Below, piece after piece: positions 27,199 to 38,100 of a stretch of 64,000 bases of DNA. A program made the position numbers and the translations under genes. The notes below the pieces were generated by a model that did not search any database, was not told the DNA's origin, and was given only the letters and a program-made list of their open reading frames with translations. The stretch is from Adineta vaga (taxonomy: Eukaryota > Animalia > Rotifera): positions 16,678,001 through 16,742,000 of the forward strand of contig CP075494.1 of the NCBI GenBank assembly GCA_021613535.1, read 5' to 3'. The stretch's first letter is position 1. Each line of letters opens with the position of its first letter.

Positions 27199-27546
27199 CC
27201 ATATATTAATAAATTGAAAATATTTGTAAAACTAAATCTTATGATCATATTCAATACTTTTGTTAATGTAAATATCAGTTTAAGAATTTTGAGATTTATT
27301 CAAATTTAAAAAAAGAAAAACATCTTTGTTTTTTTCTCTTTTTCTTCACATTTTATTTCTTTATGCATTCAGATATGTATAGATGTTTTATTTTTACCTT
27401 TCTTGTTCTGTAATTGATGTCGAACAAAATGTGCAACTGTGTGTCTTTAAGCAACATTGGAAAAAAGAAGTGTTTATATGCGTATAAATCTATGTTAGTT
27501 TAATATCTTTTTAGATTTTGTAGATACAAATTAATGAATATTATTC

Positions 27547-28351
27547 ATGGATACTTATAATGGTTGGTCATTAAGACGTACAATTTATGTTGGTATACTA
27601 ATGGTCTCTATCCTATGTAATTTTTATTATCCTATAAAAACTCGTTTTATTTCTTTAAAAGAGCAACATTTTCTTGAAAGTTCAAAATCACGTGATTGTA
27701 ATATTGATAGATTACTTTTAGAAAAATGTTCCGAATTAGATTTTGTTACATTACGAACATATCGACGTTTATCATCAAATAAAAATGCAATTTATGTTCA
27801 TGGAACTCGTATTATTAATTTAGGTGAAAATTATTTTATTAGTGTTGATGATATTTTATTTGGTTATGATATTTTATTTGAAAAAGATTATTTATATAGT
27901 ATGGGATCATGGTTAGGTGTACAATTTCAATCAAGTCCTCATGATGCGATAGTTTTTCAACAATTAATTTGGAAAATAAAACCTGATTTAATAATTGATT
28001 TAGGAACAAATGTTGGTGGTTCAGCTGTATTTTTTGCTTCGATCATGTCATTTTATAGTGATGTTGGTATTGTTCTTACAATTGATCGTAAATCATTTAC
28101 AAAAAATTGGGTACCAAATAAAAATTTATTATGTAAAGATTGTGTTAATCCAATTGATCATAAATTATGGAAAAAATATGTTCATTTTATTCAAGGAACT
28201 ACAATCGATCCTCAAGTATTAAATAAAGTTAAAAATTATGTATTAAATGCTACAACAATATTTATTAGTCAAGATGCTGCTCACGATGGTCCTTCAGTTT
28301 ATCAAGATATATTAAATTATGCTGAATTTGTAAGTATTAATTCATATATGG
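27547..28351 (+). CDS. CmcI (cephalosporin hydroxylase / rhamnosyl O-methyltransferase) family SAM-dependent methyltransferase with N-terminal membrane anchor; 3' end cut by a transposon
   Basis: WLGVQFQSSPHDAIVFQQLIWKIKPDLIIDLGTNVGGSAVFFAS...VLTID...FIQGTT.DP...DAAH...FVSINSY; remainder of the ORF is read-through into the TIR. Confidence 0.82.
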
Positions 28352-28353
28352 TA

Positions 28354-31300
28354 AGATGCACGGAAATCAAAGATAAAGTGAATTTTTTTTCTCTGATTTT
28401 CATACACCATTTGATAGAGAATTTGATGGAGATCAAGAATATGTGTGCTCTGCGTTTTTTAAAACTTTTTTTCCGGGTGAAAAATTGAAAAAACTCGGAA
28501 GGTGTCGAAAACGGGTGATTTCGCAACTTTTCATAGATCACTCTTTTCTTCAAATATGTTACAAGTTGAAATCTTCTAACTCAGTTTTTCTGATAGATCA
28601 TACAAAACTTAATAAGAAACTGGTTTTAAATAATATTTAGAACAAAACATTGGCTCACAAAATAGTTTCCCAAGACCAAGACTCAGAAACGAGAACTTAA
28701 TTTTGCAAGTCTATCACAGGTTTTTTGAGAAATGTTAGAGCCAATATTTTGACATGGTTAGATTGGTTAGATGCATAGCTACAAAGTTACGAAGAGTTTT
28801 TTCAAAAATTACATTTCCTTGCTGAGAAAACTCGATTTTACTGGGGACTTCTCTAAATCGATCATGTGATTTTTTCTCGTTTTTTTGTATTCTCTTTCAA
28901 CATAGTCAAAATATACTCAAATAGGTTGAAATCGATGCCTAATCCATCAAATATACTTTAGAGATTTTGAGAGGATCTCTGCAAAACTTTCTTGGTGGAC
29001 TTTGGCTGAATAATATGTTATATTTCAAAAATCACTTTTTTGCTATATTCTTGTGAATCGAATACCGATCTACTTACTCTAGGCCTTTGCAATCACTCTT
29101 TCTGTGTATTCGTAATATATTCTCCAGGTGTTTGTGATCACTCTCTCTGTAGTACTATCTCTCTCTTCTGATTTCATGATCCTATATATAGCGAAGTGAT
29201 TTTTTCATTAAATTACACACCAACCAACCCATTAGAAATAATATTTACATTACTCATCATTATCGTTATTATTAATCTTCATTATGTCTCCACCTACGAA
29301 GCGTCGTTTACAACTTACTGTTGTCAACAAAAAACGTTCATTAACAGGTCATCTGAAGAATCAAATCGGCAATATCTCCTCCTCCGAGGAAACTGACATG
29401 GAAATCGATGATTTCAGCGATGAAGAACCATCAGATTTCAACGAGAAATTTACAATAGGTAATATTACTGATTTATTTGAACTATGTAGAGCTCAATGTC
29501 CATTAAAATACCTCAGCGTATTACTTTATATGTCGTTGAAACGTTTTGGGGTTTCTTGGAATGATTGTAATGATTTCTTACGTGATATTGGATCATTAAA
29601 AGCTCAGACGGCACACAAATGGTCACAAATATTTATTTCTGGTGATTTCGAGGAATTTCAAGGTGAAAATCGTGGTGGTAAGCACAACGCTGAATTTTAT
29701 GATTATTTCCCAGAAATCGAAATTGAAGCTAAACAATTTACACTTGAACGATGTTCTCAGAAGTCTGCCGATTTCACAGCCATTGATTTAGCAAATTTCA
29801 TCGATACAAGGTATTACAATATGACAAACTTAACAAAGAATGATGACGGGGTTTTGATTCGATCTGTTTCTTCATGTCGTTTGGATTTACGTTGTTGGGG
29901 CGCTCGATTCAAAGAGAACTTCGAACGACCGTATTTCGAAGGGCATGAACGTCCAGACGTTATCGAACATCGTCAACAGTTCATCGACTATTTTCTTCAT
30001 CGAAAGAATTATTATTACCGAGTCTCTAAAGATGATAAACCCATATGGACACTACCAACTCAAAATCCGCCATGTATTTTACTTTGTAAGCGTTGTTCTC
30101 GAAATTAATTATAAAACTCGCAGTTTAATATCTATCTAATTTTAGTTCATGATGAAAGTACTTTTCGTTCGGGAGAGGTATCTGCAAAACGATGGTTTTT
30201 CGGAACAGAAGCTCCATTTCACTCAAAAGGAAGAGGTCGATCGAACATGATTAGTGATTTCTTGGTGCAACATCCTTCTGGCCCATTCTTCAGTCTTTCT
30301 AAAACTGAATATGAAAAAGCTCTAGTTAACTATTCTCAAGTGAGTAGTTCGTCAAATGCTTTTGTACCAATACATAATTTCTCTTTCTTTTCTCACCACG
30401 TTCTAGTTAGCAGAAGATAAAGGCATTACCTACGTCGACAGAAGTGCTACAGGTTCAATTAATGTTGGTCAAGATAACTACTTTGATAATGCTACTATAC
30501 TAGAACAATTTGAAAGATTATTCCAGTTGTTAGAATTTAAAGAGCAGTATAAAGATCACATGATTGAAATTATTGTTGACAATGCACGAACACACTCAGC
30601 AAAGTCACATAGTTTATTGGACTTCGGCAAATCGATTGGAACTAGTTGTAAGGTGGAGAAAATTGAGTATACAGATGCACAAGGACAAAACCAAATCTTA
30701 AACTGTTATTTTCAAAGTGGACCAGACAATGGAAGGAGCAAAGGTCTTCTGTATATTGCTAAGGAATTGAAAGTGACAGTGCCATCCAAGATTAAACTGG
30801 AGGATCTACGAGCACTATTGTCCGATCATCCGGCATTTAACACGGTGAGCTTTTATACTGTACTAAACCTTCTTAAATTAATGATATGCTTCACCATCTG
30901 CAGGTTTCTCGGTTAGAACAGTTAGCTAGAAAGTATGGTGTTACAATAAAATTTTGTCCTAAGTTTCACTGCGAACTTAATTGTATTGAAGGTTTATGGT
31001 GCTCACAAAAAATGTATGTTCGTCGAAAAACTGATCAAACGTATAATACTATGCTCAAGCTCATCATTGAATCACGTGAAAACTTTCGAGATAAGGAAAT
31101 TCATTTGAAATTATTACGAAGATTTTGGAAATGTTTATCGGCTTATAAGGATGGTCAGTCGTATGCAGAAGTAATGAAGATGTTCTTTAGTCCTAAATGC
31201 GATGGAACAGTCAAAAGTCATACACGAATTAGTAATACTAGTTTAAACGTTTAGTTTGTGATTTTAAAATGATAAGTTTTTCTTTTTCTTATCATCTGTG

Positions 31301-32062
31301 ATTTTCATTGTGGCCATGTTAGAATAAATTTGCCAGTAGATACTTTAACGAACAGAGAATGTTTTGTTTTCCCTGTATTTGCATTTATGTAGTCTGAAAG
31401 GCAAGAAACTAATAGTTACTAGCTCAAAAGCCTTTTAAAAGCTTTCTAAAGATCCTCAGACTATATCTGCTAGATTGTGCATCAATTTTAACCCATTTGA
31501 GTATATTTTGACTATGTTGAAAGAGAATACAAAAAAACGAGAAAAAATTACCTGATCGATTTTGAGGGTGCCCAGTAAAATCGAATTTTCTCAGCGAGGA
31601 AATGTGATTTTTGAAAAAACTCTTCGTAACTTTGTAGCTATGCATCTAACCAATCTAACCATGTCAAAATATTGGCTCTAACATTTCTCAAAAAACCTGT
31701 GATAGACTTGCAAAATTAAGTTCTCGTTTCTGAGTCTTGGTCTTGGGAAACTATTTTGTGAGCCAATGTTTTGTTCTAAATATTATTTAAAACCAGTTTC
31801 TTATTAAGTTTTGTATGATCTATCAGAAAAACTGAGTTAGAAGATTTCAACTTGTAACATATTTGAAGAAAAGAGTGATCTATGAAAAGTTGCGAAATCA
31901 CCCGTTTTCGACACCTTCCGAGTTTTTTCAATTTTTCACCCGGAAAAAAGTTTTAAAAAACGCAGAGCACACATATTCTTGATCTCCATCAAATTCTCTA
32001 TCAAATGGTGTATGAAAATCAGAGAAAAAAAATTTCACTTTATCTTTGATTTCCGTGCATCT
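28354..32062 (+). mobile_element. Intact IS630/Tc1/mariner-type DNA transposon with ~600 bp TIRs, flanked by TA
   Basis: TA|AGATGCACGGAAATCAAAGATAAAG...CTTTATCTTTGATTTCCGTGCATCT|TA; outer ~490 bp of the TIRs nearly identical. Confidence 0.92.
29284..31254 (+). CDS. DDE transposase with three introns (exons 29284-30085, 30146-30339, 30407-30844, 30904-31254)
   Basis: FHDESTF, KGRGRS.MISDF, IIVDNARTHS, PKFHCELNCIEGLW; all splice junctions restore an open frame. Confidence 0.88.
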
Positions 32063-32233
32063 TACATATAGAATTTGTTATGTAAAGGTAGATGTATAGA
32101 AAGTGTCTTTTGTATTGAAAATAGCAATGTTTATTTTTTTCTATTCTTTTGAAAGTAATTGACGTTTATGAAGTAGCTCACATAAAAAATTCATTCTTCT
32201 TTTTTCAGTTTAACTTTTCTTAAGAAATACAGT

Positions 32234-32495
32234 ATGCATACAAACAAAGCTTACAGTGGATATGTCACTACAAAAAGTCACCTACATAATTGGTGGCGTC
32301 ATCGTTGGTTTAAGACCATCTGCATTTCTTTTTTTGCTTTAACAACATTAGCAGTTACGCTTTCTCTGCTATTAAAATTTATTATTTTGACGCCAAAGAA
32401 GTCAACAACTACTGCCAACATCACCACCACCACCACCACTATTACTAGTACAACATCATCAGCAACATTAGCAACTACCACAACTCAGCACTTAG
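32234..32495 (+). CDS. Orphan exon encoding TM anchor + Thr-rich stalk (same architecture as the Kelch gene N-terminus)
   Basis: WFKTICISFFALTTLAVTLSLLLKFIIL...TTTTTT then TTAG|GTAAAC donor; no downstream domain exon found. Confidence 0.55.
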
Positions 32496-32952
32496 GTAAA
32501 CTTTAAAATAACACTTCTTAATCTTCCTGAGTCCTACTTTAAAATCGGATATTTTTATTTTTACAATCAACGTATTTGATTAAGAGGGAAAGTGCAGGTC
32601 AGATCTCAACAGAACCTTAGCATCTACTTGACACCTACTATCACTTTCAGGTGCTCAAGCGCCGGCACTTTCCCTTTGGACTGATTATCAATCATTCTAC
32701 ATTAAAGAATCGAACAAATAACCAGCATTCATAGTCAGTATCTATTAAGAGAAACTGACTTTATTATTAGACACTGTAAAAAAAGTGTCATTGTCACGTA
32801 ACAGTGCTACAAAACTAAAAAATAAAGCGGGAAACAAAGGAATTACTTCATGGTACGAGTGAATATGATATAGACCAATTGTCTAAAAGTAATCAATTCG
32901 TGATACCTTGGAAAAGTAAAACTCGGTTTCTTCCTAGTAGTTAATATATGTA

Positions 32953-34830
32953 CAGGGTCGAAAAGAATATTATTCAAGGGGGGTAACGATATAATTCCGA
33001 GTATGAGGTATAATGAATTTTATACCAAATGAAAGCCCGTGAAAACGGGGTTTAGTGATGCAAAACACAAGGGCTTTGGAAAACGTTTACATGTCAAACT
33101 CTGAAAATTTCCGACTTTTCATCCATGGAAGTCATGAGAAAACTAGTTTATCAAGTAGTATTCGAATTAAATTCATTCGAAAATAGTTTTTTTTTTTATT
33201 CTTTAACGAATATATTCAATAATCTGTGTGCCGACCATTAACATTTTTTACAACACGAAATCGAGATGGATATGAGCATAGAAGAGTTTCAAATAATTCA
33301 GTATCTTCTTCCATGCTTGCTAAAACATTTTCGATGTGAATTTTGAGAGTTTCTTCAAGATATCGATGATGTCCACTTTCCGATGACATTTTTTTTTTCA
33401 ACTTCATCTTTGATTATTGACCCGATGTGTTCTGCCGCATTGAGATCAGGTGAATTTCCTGGCCAGATATCATTACCCCAAAATTTAACATTGTTGTCTT
33501 GAAGTAAATGTTGAGTTTTATTTGCTCGCATACACGGTGCTTTATCGTGAACAAATATAATTTCATTAAGATCAATAACATTTTCTTCATTTTTAAAAAA
33601 AGGAATTACATTTTCAATCAAAACAATATCGCGAAAATATTGACCTGTCCATGATTCACCTTTATCCTTGATAATCTATAGTAATCTTTTGCAAGTAAAC
33701 ATTATAAAAACTCGAACACATGATTGATTTTTTACCATTTCACGATATCTTTCATCTTCAGTAATGTCTTCGATACTTTTCGCCCAGATTCTATCATTCT
33801 GATAATTTGGTCGGCGGACAGTCCAAATATAAAATTCATCAGATGGTGCCAGATGAAGAAAATCTTCTGCGGGCCAATCTTTTACCCAATCACAGAGCCA
33901 TAATCGATCTGATATATGAGTTTCAGATTTTTGCGGTTTTGGAATAACATGAAATGGTTTTAATCCTTCTCTGTGACGATAATTATTAATAGTTCTTCCA
34001 GTGGCATATTTTTTTGCTTTTCTGCGATCTCCTTTGCCACAACAGGACCGCTTTTTCTTTATTGACCACTTGCTTGACGAATAATATCTCTACTAGCTTC
34101 TGATAGTTTAGGTTTAGCACCAACATTTGAATAATCGGCAAAACATTGATCATATGATTTTTCCCACCACTCTGAGACAAACCGACTTGTGTGATGAACT
34201 TTATCGGCAACTCATTGTCTATTTATAAATGTTGCAGCAGCATCGCGAGCTTCGCGAAAAGCGATGCACTTAATCCGGTCAATCATTCTTTGCTGTTCAG
34301 TATCATAGGCACCAGCCATTTCGAATAAAAAAAAGTGTGATGATTTAACGAGAGGATGAATTTTATTATGGTATATATATCGATAAGAATATTATCTTTT
34401 ATGTCCCATGATATATGTCCGAAATTTCTCTCCACTATGACTTTCGTGCAGAACGAAAAGGAAAAAATCTTTGATAGAACAATTGAAATTAAAAGCAGTA
34501 AACAAAAGAACGCAAGAGAATCGTGTTGTTTTCTGGATTATAGTTATGTTTTCTTGCGTAATCATAACCTTTTATCATTCTTTCCTATAAAACTCTCCAT
34601 TTCCAGTATCTCTAAACTCATTAAAAACGAGTTATAATGATTTTTTTTCAACAAAACGCAGTCTTTTAACGAGTTTGATATATGAAAGTTTTCCAAAACC
34701 CTTGTATTTTGCATCACTAACCCCCCACCCTTTTTCATGGGCTTTCATCTGGTATAAAATTCATCATACCTCCTACTCGGGATTATATCGTTACCCCCCC
34801 CCCTCCCCTTAAATATTCTTTCCGACCCTG
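32953..34830 (-). mobile_element. Tc1/mariner DD37E element, TA TSD, decayed transposase (34319-33216)
   Basis: TIRs CAGGGTCGAAAAGAATAT / ATATTCTTTCCGACCCTG; SDEF, HDKAP-(37)-NSPDLNAAE; stops and frameshifts. Confidence 0.88.
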
Positions 34831-37824
34831 TAGAATGTTCAGTTCCTGAAGTTATGGTCTTAATCAATGATATTGGTTTTGTTGAAACTTATCTCAAAGC
34901 TAAGATTCAATAAAAAGAAAGACGAAATTTCTTCTGCTGTTCGAAAAGTCACCTAACACATCAATTTTTTCCAAAATGAAAAAGCATTTCGAAAGACTTT
35001 TTCCATTTTTTTAAATGAAAACATGAAATTGATCTTGATGTGTCTTTATTTCTTTAAGTTAAATAAATCTTACTCTATTCATTAGATTATGTTGATATTT
35101 GCCTTGATTTGAACAAAAAAGAGCATGACTCACCTTTATATTGTCGAGATAACAATTATTATTTCGAAAAATAGAAATTTATCGATAAAATGATCGAAGT
35201 TAATAAAAGATGCTCTTTACTTGATGTAATAGCAGCTATCATTTTGCAAAATGAATTATTTTCGATTTCTGATGTTTTGAATAACATTTTTGAAATCTTA
35301 CTCGTTGATCTCAGTTCGGGTTGATGAGCAATAGTTTGACTGTTAAAGAAATGAATCATTATGTTTGAATATAAAGATTATTCTCCATTCTGCTTCTCAT
35401 CTAGTCTTGAAAAATGATTACGCATGTACGATAGATATTTGTGATGGCATTTTGTTTATTTTAAGTACGATTGCGGATGAACTCGCATTATTCTGACTTT
35501 ATTTCTTTTGTGTTATATATCCGAATTACTTGATATAGAAGAAATATTCGATTGATGAATTTTTTTGTTGTCGATAATTTTTCAATTATGTAGTACTTTT
35601 ATAAGATGAAATTCATCATACACTTTATTTTTATTGACTTATAATTAAATTGACCAATTTCTAAGAATTTATATTGACAACGATATGATCTCTGACTTGT
35701 TATTTTTATACAACTGACTATCAATCAATGTTGAACAAATGCTTTTTCCATTGAGTTTTTAAATTCATAGATGGAAGTCGTTTTATCAAATGTCTGAGTT
35801 TGATTCCGTTTGGAAAATGAAAGTCGGAATACGTTTTCTTTGCATTCCGGTTGAAAATGGTGATCTATTTAGAATTTCTTTCAGAAAATTTGTGCTTGAT
35901 ATATTTTTATTTCTGTCTATCGGTTTCTAAAATCTTTTTAGCATTATTTCTTTCATGTCTCGCCGAAGCTTGACGATATTTCATCGTACAGACAGACAGT
36001 AAATTCAGACGTGCTGTGTGCGGCAGAAGAATTATCTTTTAAACTATATGATTTATCAATCGATGGTGCCAAATTTTCGATAAAAAATCTATCTATATTT
36101 CAAAATATTATTCGTCACACCATCCAATGAGACTAAACATGTATTTTTATTTATCAAAGTCCCTAAAAAGGGTCAGATTCCATAAGGGATCGATTGTAAA
36201 TACTCTTATATATAATTGTATACAATTTGATTATCTAATGTATGTGAATTTTGTCGATATTTTTCAAAATACTTTACGGTAAATCAACAATGATAAATCA
36301 TAACTTCCATTTTGTGCTATTGGTGGAATAGACGATCTATAGAAAAAGAGATAAGGAGAACTATTGTAGCGTATTGTACCGAGGAAGTAACGTTATTGAT
36401 GTTGATCGTAGAAAGCGAAGACGTCGAATGAATGAATACATGAACTGCTTCACTATTTATAGTCTAACATCAGCGTGATTCATCTTGAAGACAATGATTC
36501 ATATCAATTCATCTTTTGTTTAGTCTAGACTATTTTCTGTCAATCTTTTTGCTCAATGATAATAACCATATCTAACTCTTCACTCATCAAGTGTTTCCTT
36601 TTCGGCACCTTTTTGTCGTCTATGATTTTCATTTGCTAATATCCTGTTTTCATCACTTCAAAGAGATAGTAGTGTGCATGTTTCTTCTCTTATATGATGA
36701 CTCAATCAGACATGATATGGTCATGTATAGGGATAACATGTGAGCCACTAGAAAAAAATCTTATTACTCACAATAATAGATGGCGTTGAAAACCGTAATA
36801 ACATCAGAAAATTTATTTATTGAATTACAGTCGAGCATATACAACAGACGTTGAACAAGAGTAATTAGTTCGTTTTTCTAAAACTATGGCTTTAATCGTA
36901 TCCGTTTGTCTATTCTACCAACGACAAAATTAACTATACACTTGGTTTTTCCCCTTAAATATATTTTGTAGTCAGAAGAAATGTTCTCTAATATATACGA
37001 GTAGTACGGTATAGGATTAACTAGATTTTCAGTCCTGTTAAAAATACGTATATCTGTACCATTCGTGTATATCAAAAAAAAACTTCTTGTAACTACAAAA
37101 CATATTCAAAAAGACAAAAACCACGTGTATAGTTAATTTTGTCGATGGTAGATACAGAATACATTCTCCCCTAGTATGACAGCGACCTAGCGTCCCATGA
37201 AGTAGCATCTGTTGTGGATTGGTTAAGGGCGCTGGGACGCTACTACTATAGAGGAAGTGTAGAAATTCACCAAAATCAGAAATTTGTTCCGAAATAACAA
37301 ACGATTATTGGTTTTCAGTTTACCCCTAACTCCTCCCAAACGATGTTTTACGAAGTTTCGTGCGTTTTCAAAAAAAATGCTTTTTTGACCTTGACACGAA
37401 TACACAAACTATTTTTTTTCCATATGACCCTCCTACAGTCGAGGGAACAAAGGGAGCTGGTGGCACTTTTGATCAAATGTGTCATAAATTTACGGTGAAA
37501 GAGATCTTTTTAAATAAACGTATTTCTCCATTTTGTTTTATGTAGGTAAAGAGGGGTGCAGAGCGGCGGCCGCTTTGTATTTTTTAGGGAATGATAGACA
37601 TTGTTGCTACAAATGCGTTTATCATGTGGAAGATGACGCCCCCCCCCCCAATAGAATCAAAACAAAAAAAGCTTCCAGCGCAATCCCTTACGAGATTAAA
37701 AATGTGAAACACGATAAATCTGTTTCTATTATTGCGACGCAGATCTCTGATCGATAATTGATCCGCGTTTGCATTATTGCCAAAATCTGGGTTATCTGTA
37801 ATAATTTTCATAGATAAATGAACA

Positions 37825-37904
37825 GAGGGTGTTAGTGAATGAGGGTGAGTGTGGGTGAACTTGAAGAGTAAATAAGCAACCCTCAACCGCGTCCACACCC
37901 TCAA
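37825..37904. repeat. Inverted telomere-like repeat hairpin H10
   Basis: GAGGGTGTTAGTGAATGAGGGTGAGTGTGGGTG-spacer-ACCCTCAACCGCGTCCACACCCTCAA. Confidence 0.8.
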
Positions 37905-37924
37905 CTTGGGCTCATTTTGTCTGC

Positions 37925-38100
37925 CGGTAACGCTGCGACAGGGTTGTCAGGCTCTCAGTAACGTCTGTAATAGGGTTTCTAGCCTAGGTCACGTCTGTGA
38001 TGAATCGCTGCTTGTATCGGTCACGTCTGTGAGGGGTAATTTAGCTGGTCGGTGACGTCTGTGGGGGCGGGAGGGAAGGGGTCCCAATTTCTACCCTTAA
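37925..38100. repeat. Five spaced copies of GGTCACGTCTGTGA-like motif (~31 bp period) ending in CCC-TTAA; probable TE subterminal array
   Basis: Motifs at ~37926, 37957, 37987, 38019, 38051; ends CTACCCTTAA. Confidence 0.55.

Noticed and set aside
28352-28640. C-terminal extension of the 313-aa ORF and small overlapping ORFs
   Set aside because: Read-through into the transposon TIR
35000-36500. Possible decayed transposase on the minus strand
   Set aside because: No diagnostic motif could be read with confidence
37925-38065. Spaced 14-bp motifs as a mini-CRISPR
   Set aside because: Repeats are too short and degenerate, the context is eukaryotic, and they lie beside a TE-like CCC-TTAA end
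37223-38100. Single TTAA-flanked GGG...CCC element
   Set aside because: The ends match for only a few bases and the interval contains half of a piggyBac ORF; more likely a composite of fragments
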